Assembly: GCA_964510805.1 (NCBI GenBank) | Contig: CAZEDG010000001.1 | Location: forward strand, 48,227 to 112,226 | DNA length: 64,000 nucleotides | Direction: 5' to 3' | From: an uncultured Candidatus Saccharibacteria bacterium | GTDB lineage: Bacteria; Patescibacteriota; Minisyncoccia; Phycocordibacterales; UBA5272 | Shown here: in pieces, positions 8,602-18,495 of the stretch | Layout: every line of letters starts with the position of its first letter | How positions within the stretch are numbered: the first letter of the stretch is position 1 | Made by a program: the position numbers and the translations under genes | Notes under the pieces: model-generated | Told to the model about the DNA's origin: nothing | Seen by the model: the letters and a program-made list of their open reading frames with translations, nothing else | The model's database searches: none

Positions 8602-10059
8602 ATGGCATCCCTCGAAGAACTTAAGCAATCTCGCATAAAAAAATTAGAAGCGCTTAAAGAGCGTGGGTATGTACCGTATCCAAGCAAGGCCAAGACAACT
8701 CACACCCTCAAAGAGCTTACTCATTCTTTTGCTTCACTTGAAAGTTCTCACGAAGTTGTTACTGTAGCAGGTCGTGTCATGTCATCACGTGGGCAAGGCG
8801 CTCTTGTTTTCTTTGATCTCTACGATGGTACCGCAAGACTTCAGTCAGTAATTAAGCTTCCAGAGTCAGGGGAAGTTGCTCACGCTTTTTATAATGAATT
8901 TGTTGATATCGGTGATTTTGTTTCTGTGACAGGGACAGCTTTTGTCACCCGTTCAGGTCAACCAAGTATTCTTGTGTCAGAGGTTTCTATGCTTTCTAAG
9001 TCACTTCTTCCTCTTCCTGATAAGTATCACGGGATTCAAGATGAAGAGCTTCGTATGCGTGAGAGATATCTTGATATCCTTACTAACGGAGAGCTTCGTG
9101 ATCTTTTTGAAAAGAAGGCTAAGTTTTGGAATGTGGTGAGAACTTTTCTTGGTGAACGAGGATTTCTTGAAGTTGAGACGCCAACTATCGAAATTACAAC
9201 AGGAGGCGCAGAAGCAAGACCTTTCAAAACATATCACAATGATTTTGATCTTAACGTGTTTATGCGTATTTCGATTGGTGAACTTTGGCAAAAACGCCTC
9301 ATGTCTGCAGGATTTCCAAGAACATTTGAGATAGGGCGAGCATACCGTAATGAAGGTTCTTCACCGGAACATGTACAAGAATTTACTAACTGTGAATTCT
9401 ATATGGCGTATGCTAATTATGAGGATGGTATGAAACTTGTTGAGGAGTTGTATCGAAGAATTGCACAAGAGGTGTTCGGTACTACCATCTTTACGACACG
9501 TGGGCATACTTTTGACCTGTCAGAGGAATGGAGACGTGTTGACTATAGGGAAGAGATTCTTAAGCAGACAGGTATCGATATCATGAAAGCAACAGATGAA
9601 GAGATTGTTACTAAACTTCAATCACTGCATGTAAAGTATGACGGCACGAATCGCGAGAGACTTACGGATACACTTTGGAAATATTGCCGTAAGCATATTG
9701 CTGGACCTGCTTTTCTTATTAACCATCCGCTTCTTGTTGCTCCGCTTGCAAAAGCAAATGAAGACGGTGTTACTGCACAAATATTCCAGCCAATCTTAGC
9801 AGGAAGCGAAATTGGAAAGGGGTATAGTGAGTTAAATGATCCAATTGATCAACGTGAGCGCTTCGATAAACAGCAAGAACTACTTGCCTCCGGTGATGAA
9901 GAAGCTATGATGGCGGATGATTCTTTTGTTGAAATGCTCGAGCATGGTATGCCTCCTACATGTGGATTTGGTTTTGGTGAACGATTATTTGCTTTTCTTG
10001 TAGATAAACCAATTCGTGAAGTGCATATGTTCCCACTTGTAAAACCGAAAGGAGAATGA
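8602..10059 (+). CDS. lysS: lysyl-tRNA synthetase, class II
   Basis: Class II aaRS motifs; N-terminal OB anticodon-binding domain. Confidence 0.9.
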   Translation: MASLEELKQSRIKKLEALKERGYVPYPSKAKTTHTLKELTHSFASLESSHEVVTVAGRVMSSRGQGALVFFDLYDGTARLQSVIKLPESGEVAHAFYNEFVDIGDFVSVTGTAFVTRSGQPSILVSEVSMLSKSLLPLPDKYHGIQDEELRMRERYLDILTNGELRDLFEKKAKFWNVVRTFLGERGFLEVETPTIEITTGGAEARPFKTYHNDFDLNVFMRISIGELWQKRLMSAGFPRTFEIGRAYRNEGSSPEHVQEFTNCEFYMAYANYEDGMKLVEELYRRIAQEVFGTTIFTTRGHTFDLSEEWRRVDYREEILKQTGIDIMKATDEEIVTKLQSLHVKYDGTNRERLTDTLWKYCRKHIAGPAFLINHPLLVAPLAKANEDGVTAQIFQPILAGSEIGKGYSELNDPIDQRERFDKQQELLASGDEEAMMADDSFVEMLEHGMPPTCGFGFGERLFAFLVDKPIREVHMFPLVKPKGE

Positions 10060-10126
10060 AGAGTGAAGAGTGAAGTTAATACATAAATCCTAAATTAAAG
10101 ATAACAGATTACAGATAGAAGTACAT

Positions 10127-10155
10127 AAAGAGCGACACCGTAGGTGTCGCTCTTT
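10127..10155 (+). terminator. rho-independent terminator, same hairpin family with a compensatory base-pair change
   Basis: aaagagcgacacc-gta-ggtgtcgctcttt. Confidence 0.6.
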
Positions 10156-10294
10156 GTATTTACAACCTCACTCCTCATGCTTCTTGCCTCATTCTCTCCA
10201 CTATCCACACTTTTCTTTCTCTTTTTACTACAAAGTGGGGTATAATGGGTTCAAGTGGGGGGAAGTGGGAGATTTTCCACCACTTACGACCGTT

Positions 10295-10729
10295 ATGCTT
10301 ATCGGAAAGTACACACACGACCTAGATCCAAAGAAACGCCTCACTCTACCTTCAAAGTGGCGAAATGATCTTGGTAAAAAAGTTGTAGTGACAAGCGGTC
10401 TTGACGCATCGCTGTTTATTTTTCCGATACAAGAATGGGAAGTTGTTGCACAAAAACTTGCTTCATCTTCCTTTGGTAATCAAGATACTCGTAGCTTCAA
10501 TCGTTTTATCCTTGGTAATGCCTTCGAAACTGACGTAGATGCTTCTGGACGTATCGTGATACCTGATTCACTTAAATCATTCGCTCACCTTAGCGAAAAA
10601 GTTGTTCTCGCAGGAATGTATTCCCGTGTAGAACTCTGGGATGAAAAAGCTTGGGAAGCAAATATTTCTAAGGTTAACGGTGAAGCCGATATCTTAGCTT
10701 CTCGTTTAAGTGAGTTAGGAATCTTATAA
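10295..10729 (+). CDS. mraZ: transcriptional regulator MraZ
   Basis: Duplicated MraZ fold; first gene of the dcw cluster. Confidence 0.8.
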   Translation: MLIGKYTHDLDPKKRLTLPSKWRNDLGKKVVVTSGLDASLFIFPIQEWEVVAQKLASSSFGNQDTRSFNRFILGNAFETDVDASGRIVIPDSLKSFAHLSEKVVLAGMYSRVELWDEKAWEANISKVNGEADILASRLSELGIL

Positions 10730-10740
10730 TCCACTCTTGT

Positions 10741-11631
10741 ATGCATATCCCTGTACTTTTACATGAATCAATAGAGGGTCTTTCTATTAAGGGGGATGGT
10801 ATCTATGTTGATTGCACCACTAATCGTGGAGGCCACAGCGTAGAGATCGCTCGACTCCTTAACGAGAATGGCACGCTTATCTGTATCGATCTTGATCAGA
10901 AAGCCCTAGAGGAAGCGCGAGAAAAGATAGAAGCATGTAAACCAAAAGCAAAGCTACACTTCATCAACTCGAACTTCAGATTCTTAGAATCAATTCTTAA
11001 AGATCTAAAGATTTCCCATGTAAATGGAATTCTTGCAGACCTCGGAATTTCTTCACAGGAGCTTGATGATTCAGGAAGAGGGTTCACTTTTCGTTTTGAT
11101 GAACCGCTTCTTATGACATTCAATGATAAGCCTGCCGAAGATGAGACGACCGCGTATGACATTGTTAACTGTTGGAGTGAATCAACAATAGCTGATGTAC
11201 TCTTCGGATTCGCAGATGAGCGTTATTCGAGACGTATTGCAGAAGCAATTGTTAAGCAAAGAGAAGTTACTCCAATTAAGACAACATTTCAGCTTGTAGA
11301 AATTATCAAAAACGCAGTCCCTGCACTCTATCGTCATCGAAAGACCCACTTCGCAACAAAAACATTCCAAGCGCTTCGTATGGCAACGAATGACGAGATA
11401 GGGAGTATCAATGATTTGATCGACCAATTCCCAAAAATTCTCGCATCCTCAGGCCGTGCCTGTGTCATTACTTTTCATAGCACTGAAGACAGGATTGTTA
11501 AACATAAACTCCGTTTTCATGGAGATACGCTTAGGATGATTAGCAAAAAAGCAATTATTCCAAGCGACGAAGAAATCAAAGAAAACGCAAGAGCGCGTAG
11601 TGCACAACTAAGAATCGTAGAAAGAATTTAA
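10741..11631 (+). CDS. rsmH: 16S rRNA m4C1402 methyltransferase RsmH (MraW)
   Basis: MHIPVLLHE N-terminus; SAM-dependent methyltransferase motifs. Confidence 0.9.
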   Translation: MHIPVLLHESIEGLSIKGDGIYVDCTTNRGGHSVEIARLLNENGTLICIDLDQKALEEAREKIEACKPKAKLHFINSNFRFLESILKDLKISHVNGILADLGISSQELDDSGRGFTFRFDEPLLMTFNDKPAEDETTAYDIVNCWSESTIADVLFGFADERYSRRIAEAIVKQREVTPIKTTFQLVEIIKNAVPALYRHRKTHFATKTFQALRMATNDEIGSINDLIDQFPKILASSGRACVITFHSTEDRIVKHKLRFHGDTLRMISKKAIIPSDEEIKENARARSAQLRIVERI

Positions 11632-11656
11632 CAACCATAGACCAAAAAAGCACATT

Positions 11657-11974
11657 ATGAACACAACATACAACGTAAAACACTTGCAGGAAAAAGGGGC
11701 ACATCTTATGCTTGCTTCTCTTGTTGTGTTGGCGCTTGTATATTGTGGAATTATTCTTTCGCTAGTGTTTTCTGTAATTGAACGTAAACAAAACACCATT
11801 GCATCTCGTGAACTTTCTTCAGAATTAAGTGCGCTTGAAGCAAAGTATGCAAATACTGTAGCGTCGATTTCTGATGCTGATCTTACTGCTCACGGATTTA
11901 AGCATGTAGATAACGCAACATTTGCTGTTCGCAAAGACGATATCGCAAGTTATACTGTGCTTTATGCACGCTAA
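11657..11974 (+). CDS. FtsL-like small bitopic division protein
   Basis: Single TM plus coiled coil; position between rsmH and ftsI. Confidence 0.4.
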   Translation: MNTTYNVKHLQEKGAHLMLASLVVLALVYCGIILSLVFSVIERKQNTIASRELSSELSALEAKYANTVASISDADLTAHGFKHVDNATFAVRKDDIASYTVLYAR

Positions 11975-13715
11975 CGTTTCTCCTTCTCCTCTTACAAAAG
12001 ATCAAGAATTAAGATCTAAGGATCGAATTGATCTTATTCTTTTCTTTTGGATACTTTTTGCTCTTGTTATTCTCGGTAGAGCTTTTTATATTCAAGTACT
12101 TAAACATGAGTACTATACTGATCTGGCAAGCAAGCAGTACGTATCTAAGATACCGATTAACTTCGATCGTGGGAATATTTATTTTGGCGAACGAAAAGGT
12201 GCGCCTGTTCCTGTGGCTCAACTTACTACACGATATCGTATTGCCATTGACCCAACTCAGATTAAAGATAAAGAGGCTTTGTATCGGGAATTAAGTAAGG
12301 TACTTACACTTAACCATGATGAGTTTATCCAAAAAGCAAGTAAGATAAATGATCCCTATGAAGAAATAGCAAAAGATGTCTCACAAGAAGACACTGTACT
12401 TCTTAAGGCAAAACGACTTAAGGGTGTGACGTATGCTAAAGATAACAAAAGAACATATCCTCAGGACAGTATTGGAGCAAAACTTGTTGGATTTGTTGGG
12501 AGTAATGGAGTCACGACACGAGGGCAGTATGGCCTTGAGCGATATTATGACGATGTTCTTTCTCGTAAGAGTAATGACATGACGGTTAATTTTTTTGCAG
12601 AGTTGTTTACCGACATTAATTCTGCAATTGTTTCTAATGCGGACAAGCAAGAAGGGGATATTATTCTTACGATAGATGCAGAAGCAGAGAGAGCGCTCCA
12701 TCAAACACTTCTTGAGACAAGAGAAACATGGAAATCAGATACAATCGGTGGAATTATTATGGATCCTAAGACAGGAAGAGTGGTTGCAATGGACGCACTC
12801 CCTACATATGATCCAAATATGTTCACTGAAGTAAAAGATGCCTCTCTATTCGTAAACCAAAATGTTTCCGGTGTGTACGAGATGGGAAGTATTATTAAGC
12901 CTATCACTGTAGCCTCCGCACTTGATTCACAGGCAGTTAATGAAGCGACAACATATAACGATACAGGGTTTAGAGATCTTGATGGCTACAAGGTACGTAA
13001 CTTTGATGGTAAACCTCGTGGACCAGGAACAACAATTCAAACCATTCTTGATAAGTCACTTAATGTCGGTATTGTGTTTTTGGTAGAAAGATTAGGCATA
13101 AAACAATTTCAAACATATTTTAAAAAATTTGGTATCGGTAGTGAGACTGGAATTGATCTTCCAAGCGAAGCAAGTGGACTTACAGATAACTTAGAGAGTA
13201 AGGTTTTTGTTGATAACGCAACTGCGGGATTTGGGCAAGGAATTGCTATTACTCCTATACAGACGATACGAGCTCTTGCCGTGCTTGGTAATGGAGGCAA
13301 GCTTGTCTCTCCTCATGTTGTTGATAGTATTGTCTATCAAAATGGCGATGTGAAGAAACCTGATTTTGGTGAGGATGAGCAAGTTATTGATCCAAAAACA
13401 AGTGAGACTATTTCTCGCATGCTTGTCCATGTGGTTGATCATGCACTTAAGAATGGTACTTACAAAATGGACCACTATACAATCGCAGCTAAGACAGGTA
13501 CTGCACAGATGGCAAAACCAGGAGGCGGATATTACGAAGACAGGTACCTCCACTCATTTTTCGGATATTTTCCAGCGTACGATCCTAAGTTTATCGTTTT
13601 CTTATTCCATACGTATCCAAAAGGTGCCGAGTATGCGTCCGCGACGCTCACTGATCCTTTCTTTTCTCTTGTAAAATTCCTGATTAGTTATTACGAGGTC
13701 CCACCGGATAGGTAG
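11964..13715 (+). CDS. ftsI: penicillin-binding protein 3 / FtsI-type transpeptidase
   Basis: SIIK (SxxK), KTGTA motifs; dcw synteny. Confidence 0.8.
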   Translation: MHANVSPSPLTKDQELRSKDRIDLILFFWILFALVILGRAFYIQVLKHEYYTDLASKQYVSKIPINFDRGNIYFGERKGAPVPVAQLTTRYRIAIDPTQIKDKEALYRELSKVLTLNHDEFIQKASKINDPYEEIAKDVSQEDTVLLKAKRLKGVTYAKDNKRTYPQDSIGAKLVGFVGSNGVTTRGQYGLERYYDDVLSRKSNDMTVNFFAELFTDINSAIVSNADKQEGDIILTIDAEAERALHQTLLETRETWKSDTIGGIIMDPKTGRVVAMDALPTYDPNMFTEVKDASLFVNQNVSGVYEMGSIIKPITVASALDSQAVNEATTYNDTGFRDLDGYKVRNFDGKPRGPGTTIQTILDKSLNVGIVFLVERLGIKQFQTYFKKFGIGSETGIDLPSEASGLTDNLESKVFVDNATAGFGQGIAITPIQTIRALAVLGNGGKLVSPHVVDSIVYQNGDVKKPDFGEDEQVIDPKTSETISRMLVHVVDHALKNGTYKMDHYTIAAKTGTAQMAKPGGGYYEDRYLHSFFGYFPAYDPKFIVFLFHTYPKGAEYASATLTDPFFSLVKFLISYYEVPPDR

Positions 13716-13746
13716 CATTTCATTTTTTCTGATATAGTAAGGCAAT

Positions 13747-15201
13747 ATGCCCATCAATCCTTCACGTGTTCGCACGCTTTCATCATCTTCTTATAAAGAA
13801 GGTGTTGTGGTGTATCAGATGGGGAGAGATTTGCGTGCACATGATAACGATGCGCTACTTTTTGCGCAAGAGCTTGCACATAAAGGCAAAGCACAACTGA
13901 TTGTTACCTATGTGATCTGGAATTATATGTGGGAAGGTGCAACACGAAGGTTCTATGATTGGGTCATTCTTTCACTTCAGGAAATAGAAAAAACGTTGCG
14001 CGCGCATAACATCCCGCTTATGATTGTCTTTGAAGAAAAGAAACTTTTTGAAGACTCGAAGAGGATTCCTGTACCGCCTTCTGTTGGTGCGGTCGTGATT
14101 GATCAGATGCCTCTTCGCTACATGAGACGATGGAAGTCGTTATTCTTAGAAAATAATCCCCATGTTCCTCTTTATGAGGTTGATGCGCATAACTGTGTGC
14201 CGACCTGGGAGGCCTCTTCTAAGGAGGAATTTTCTGCAAGAACAATACGACCCAAGCTTCACAAGAAGCTTCCTGATTTTTTGGAAGAGTTTGACACGCT
14301 TCTTGTACACGAGTATGGTTCACTTGATACTTTTCCTCCTATTGATTGGAAAGAAGTCAAAGAAAAGATTGTGTGTAATGAAAAGATACACGGCGTTGGA
14401 GGCTTTTCTCCTGGTGAACAAGAAGCAAAGAAAATGCTCGAGTATTTTCTAGAACATAAATGTAAAGGATATGAACATGATCGTAATGATTTTACAAAAG
14501 ACGGACAGAGTAATCTCTCACCATATATTTCTCATGGTAATCTTTCACGAAGAAGAATTCTTCTTGAGCTTTGTAAAAAAGAAAAATGCACACCGGAAGA
14601 ACTTTTTTCACCGCGTGCTAATGGTTCAAATGGAGCTATGGGGTCAGTTGCATCATTTGTTGAAGAGTGTTTTGTAAGAGCTGAGCTTGCTGAAAATTTT
14701 TGTTATTATAATGAGAACTATGATAGGGTAGAAGGTTTTAAACCGTGGGCACAAGAGACTCTGCGTGCAAGAAGACAAGATACGCGCGCGTATTGCTATG
14801 CAAGAGAAGTATTTGAAGAAGCTCGTACCCATGACTTGCTGTGGAACTCCGCACAAAGAGAGCTTATTCTTACAGGTAAAATGCATGGTTATCTGCGCAT
14901 GTATTGGGCGAAGAAAATTCTCGAGTGGTCAAAGGATGAGCATGAAGCGCTTAGGGTTGCGAATTATCTTAATGACACTTACGAATTAGACGGGAGAGAT
15001 CCTAACGGGTATGTTGGCTGTGCTTGGAGTATAGGCGGAGTCCATGATAGACCGTGGTTCCCTAGGCCAATATTTGGCACTATCCGCTACATGGCAGAGA
15101 GTGGCGTAAAGAAAAGAGGGGATATACAGCTCTATTGTGATACATATCGTGATAGCGACATTGATAAGCAACAAAGCTTATTGTATACCATTCCCAATTA
15201 A
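13747..15201 (+). CDS. phr: class II CPD deoxyribodipyrimidine photolyase
   Basis: C-terminal FAD-binding region with YLRMYWAKKILEW, similar to class II photolyases. Confidence 0.7.
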   Translation: MPINPSRVRTLSSSSYKEGVVVYQMGRDLRAHDNDALLFAQELAHKGKAQLIVTYVIWNYMWEGATRRFYDWVILSLQEIEKTLRAHNIPLMIVFEEKKLFEDSKRIPVPPSVGAVVIDQMPLRYMRRWKSLFLENNPHVPLYEVDAHNCVPTWEASSKEEFSARTIRPKLHKKLPDFLEEFDTLLVHEYGSLDTFPPIDWKEVKEKIVCNEKIHGVGGFSPGEQEAKKMLEYFLEHKCKGYEHDRNDFTKDGQSNLSPYISHGNLSRRRILLELCKKEKCTPEELFSPRANGSNGAMGSVASFVEECFVRAELAENFCYYNENYDRVEGFKPWAQETLRARRQDTRAYCYAREVFEEARTHDLLWNSAQRELILTGKMHGYLRMYWAKKILEWSKDEHEALRVANYLNDTYELDGRDPNGYVGCAWSIGGVHDRPWFPRPIFGTIRYMAESGVKKRGDIQLYCDTYRDSDIDKQQSLLYTIPN

Positions 15202-15295
15202 CGGTATTAAAAGTGGTCCAAAAATCTACAAAAGGCAATGCTGTACTTTTTTATAAAATATGGTATAATTATTATCTCAGTACTCTCCATTACTT

Positions 15296-16570
15296 ATGAA
15301 AAATACATCTCCAAAAAAAACATTCTCAGGTTCCGCTAAAGGTCATACTCGCAAGAGCGCTAGTTCAAAGTATGGCAAAAGTTACACTACTTCAGAAAGA
15401 AAAGAACGGCCTGCACAGCGTCCTTATGTTCGTGATACTAAGTATGGCGCTAACGCTAAGTCTTCTTCATACCGTGGAAAAGATTTTCGTGAAGAACTAG
15501 AAAGAAAGAGAGACGAAGGGCCTGTCTATGCAAAAAAGTTTACACCACGAATTTATTCGTCGTCAGCATCATCTTCATCAAAGTCTGCGTATAAAAGTGA
15601 TAATCGTACCGCGTATAAAGAAAAGAACGAGCGCCTTTCTACTGCAGATCAATTCAGGTCACGAACACCTTCTCGTTTGATGAAGAAACCAGACTATAAG
15701 GATAAAGGTGTAAGTACAAAAAGATCAAAATTTACCCATGACTCAAAGAGTGTGGACAGTAAAACTTTGCATACTACTAATAACTCTCTACCTTCCAAAC
15801 ATGATACTTCTTGGGGAGGTGTTGCGACATGGTATGACGACCATCTTGAGAAGAGTAAGGATACATACCATGAGAAGGTGATCTACCCAGGCCTTCTCCG
15901 TATTCTTGGTGATGTAGAGAAGGTAACGCTTCTTGATCTTGCGTGCGGGCAAGGGCAGTTCTCTCGCAGGGTGGCAGAGAAAGGGGCTACAGTGACAGGT
16001 GTTGATCTTGGTAAAGAGCTCATCACTCTTGCAGAAGAAGCAAATGTAAGTCTTTCCAAAAAGGCAACAAAGGTTACGTATTATAACGGTAGCGCAGATG
16101 ATTTGTACATGCTTAAAGATAATTCTTTTGATGCTGTTGTCTGCGTGCTTGCACTTCAGAATATCGAACAGCTACAGAAGACTGTAGGAGAAGTATCTCG
16201 AGTCCTTAGAGATGGAGGAACATTTACTTTTGTACTCAATCACCCTTCTTTTAGAAATCCAAGAAACACAAGATGGTCATATGATGAGGATGAACATGTG
16301 CAGTATCGACGAGTTGATGAGTATATGAGAGAGTCGTCAGTTAAGATTGATATGACACCAGGAAATGCTAAGAATAAAAAATACACTGTTTCTTTCCATA
16401 GACCACTCCAAGTATATGTGAAGGCTCTTAGTAAATGTGGGCTCATGATTACCTCGCTTGAAGAGTGGGTAAGTCATAAAGAAAGCGAAGAAGGACCACG
16501 ACAACTTGCTGAGAACAGGTCAAGAAAAGAAATACCTCTCTTTATGTGTATTTCCACGAGGAAGGTATAA
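15296..16570 (+). CDS. class I SAM-dependent methyltransferase fused to a ~170-aa K/R/S-rich disordered N-terminus
   Basis: LLDLACGQGQFS (motif I), DAVVCVLAL, GGTFTFVLNHP; highly basic low-complexity N-terminus. Confidence 0.6.
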   Translation: MKNTSPKKTFSGSAKGHTRKSASSKYGKSYTTSERKERPAQRPYVRDTKYGANAKSSSYRGKDFREELERKRDEGPVYAKKFTPRIYSSSASSSSKSAYKSDNRTAYKEKNERLSTADQFRSRTPSRLMKKPDYKDKGVSTKRSKFTHDSKSVDSKTLHTTNNSLPSKHDTSWGGVATWYDDHLEKSKDTYHEKVIYPGLLRILGDVEKVTLLDLACGQGQFSRRVAEKGATVTGVDLGKELITLAEEANVSLSKKATKVTYYNGSADDLYMLKDNSFDAVVCVLALQNIEQLQKTVGEVSRVLRDGGTFTFVLNHPSFRNPRNTRWSYDEDEHVQYRRVDEYMRESSVKIDMTPGNAKNKKYTVSFHRPLQVYVKALSKCGLMITSLEEWVSHKESEEGPRQLAENRSRKEIPLFMCISTRKV

Positions 16571-16695
16571 AAAATTCCTTTTTGTAAGAGGTGAAAGAAC
16601 TTAAGTATTACATCCCTATTTTCTTTATTGTCAAGGATTTGAAAAAAATAACATGATTCCCTCTATGTCTATCTCATGGTATAATTTCAAGTACT

Positions 16696-17367
16696 ATGAA
16701 AAAAATGTCACAATTCTTTAGAACCCCACAAGGGAAGTTCTTGGGTGGTATTGCTATAATTATTATTGCATTGTTTGGGTATTATTTTGCTTCTGATGGA
16801 TCAAAGAGTGCTCCTGTAGATGTGCCAGTTGTGAGTGTTGAAGATCATCTTCGTGGCGCTAAGGATGCGCCTCTTACACTTGTTGAATTCGGTGACTTCC
16901 AGTGTCCTGCATGTGGTGCGTATGAGTCTATTGTGCGTCAAGTTCTTGCTGATAATACAGGAAAGGTAAAGATTGTCTTCAAACATTTTCCTCTTACTTC
17001 GATTCACCGTAATGCACTTCTTAGCGCTAAGGCATCAGAAGCTGCATCGCTTCAGGGTAAGTTCTGGGAAATGCATGACATGCTCTATGATAAGCAAAGT
17101 GAATGGGGAGAGTCTCTCATGGCTCGTGATCTTATTCTTAATTATGCAACAACACTTCGTCTTGATCTTACTAAGTTCAAAGCTGATCTTGAGAATAAAG
17201 CAATAGAAGAAAAGATTCTTGCACAGCTACGAGAAGGAACACGTCTTGGTGTACAAGGAACTCCTACTTTTTATTTAAATGGAGTCAAGCTTGATCCTAG
17301 TGATACTGCGGGTGTAGAAACCTTCAATAAGACAATTAAGTCCGCACTCGCTAAACCAATCGAGTAA
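16696..17367 (+). CDS. DsbA-family thiol:disulfide oxidoreductase, membrane-anchored
   Basis: CPAC active site, N-terminal TM, thioredoxin fold. Confidence 0.7.
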   Translation: MKKMSQFFRTPQGKFLGGIAIIIIALFGYYFASDGSKSAPVDVPVVSVEDHLRGAKDAPLTLVEFGDFQCPACGAYESIVRQVLADNTGKVKIVFKHFPLTSIHRNALLSAKASEAASLQGKFWEMHDMLYDKQSEWGESLMARDLILNYATTLRLDLTKFKADLENKAIEEKILAQLREGTRLGVQGTPTFYLNGVKLDPSDTAGVETFNKTIKSALAKPIE

Positions 17368-17372
17368 TACGT

Positions 17373-17606
17373 ATGATAAAAGAATTTCTCCTCAAACAGG
17401 CGGTAAAGCATGGTGCCAAAAATCTCCCAAAGGATCAAGCGGAGATGCTCCAGTCTGCTGTAGAAAAGAACCCAGAACTTTTTGAAAAGATTGCAAAGGA
17501 TATTGAAGCACTCAAAAAATCAGGCAAACCAGAGATGTATGCAGCGATCGATGTAATGAAAAAATATCAAAAAGAGTTACAAGAACTTTTTGCAAAACCT
17601 TCTTAA
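17373..17606 (+). CDS. small helical hypothetical protein
   Basis: ORF only. Confidence 0.25.
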   Translation: MIKEFLLKQAVKHGAKNLPKDQAEMLQSAVEKNPELFEKIAKDIEALKKSGKPEMYAAIDVMKKYQKELQELFAKPS

Positions 17607-17627
17607 GATAGATTTCGTCTTAATACA

Positions 17628-17660
17628 AAAAATGCACATTAATGTGCATTTTTTGTTTGC
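17628..17660 (+). terminator. rho-independent terminator
   Basis: atgcacatt/aatgtgcat palindrome followed by TTTTT. Confidence 0.55.
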
Positions 17661-17693
17661 TTGGAGTTATCCACACTTCGTTCTATTGAATTA

Positions 17694-17705
17694 GAACAAT
17701 CGTTC
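17694..17705 (+). promoter_or_regulatory. Cheo-type LexA (SOS) box GAAC-N4-GTTC
   Basis: GAACAATCGTTC 16 nt upstream of lexA; overlapping second half-site GTTCTATTGAATTAGAAC. Confidence 0.5.
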
Positions 17706-17720
17706 TAGTATGCTCAAGAT

Positions 17721-18284
17721 ATGAGAGACGAAGAAAAACTTACACATTTTTATAACGAACACAGACGCATGCCGTCGTACGAAGAGATGAAAGAGCTCTT
17801 CGATGTCGCTTCCAAGAATACCGTATCCTACCGAGTAAACAAGCTTATCGAAGAAGGGTTTCTGGTTAAGGAAGACGGCAAGCTCTTCTTAGCGGAGATT
17901 GGCACAGTGCTTCGATTGGGGACTGTACAAGCTGGATTTCCTACTCAAGCAGACGAAGATGTTGCGACAGAACTTCTCTCGCTTGATGACTTCCTGGTTG
18001 ATCGAAAAGGTTCAACATACATGCTCGAAGTTGTCGGAGAGTCTATGATAGAAGCAGGTATCTTAGAAGGGGATCTCGTTCTTGTAGAAAAAGGCAGAAC
18101 TGCAAGAAAGGGAGATATCGTGCTTGCCCTTGTCGATCATGAGTATACGCTTAAGTATCTCGATCAAGAAAAAGGTAAACCAGTACTTATTCCCGCCAAT
18201 AAAAAGTTCAAAAAAATCTACCCCAATCCAAACACACTCAAGATAGAAGCAGTACTCAAAGCAGTTATTAGAAAGTATCGTTAA
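17721..18284 (+). CDS. lexA: LexA repressor (S24 peptidase)
   Basis: AG cleavage site in VQAGFP; GESM catalytic Ser; Lys dyad region. Confidence 0.8.
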   Translation: MRDEEKLTHFYNEHRRMPSYEEMKELFDVASKNTVSYRVNKLIEEGFLVKEDGKLFLAEIGTVLRLGTVQAGFPTQADEDVATELLSLDDFLVDRKGSTYMLEVVGESMIEAGILEGDLVLVEKGRTARKGDIVLALVDHEYTLKYLDQEKGKPVLIPANKKFKKIYPNPNTLKIEAVLKAVIRKYR

Positions 18285-18495
18285 CAAGAGCTATCTCTCT
18301 AAAAACACTATGAAATTTTTTAACTACACTATTGAAGTCAAGCAAGCAGATCAAGTGATTAAACAAAGCGAACTCATCCATATCAGTAGAATTGGAGACT
18401 TCGCAAAAAGAATCGCCTAAAAAAGTATTAACCATCAACCGCTTCCTTGTATTTACCAATTACTAATAACGAATTACTAATAACCATTAACTAAC

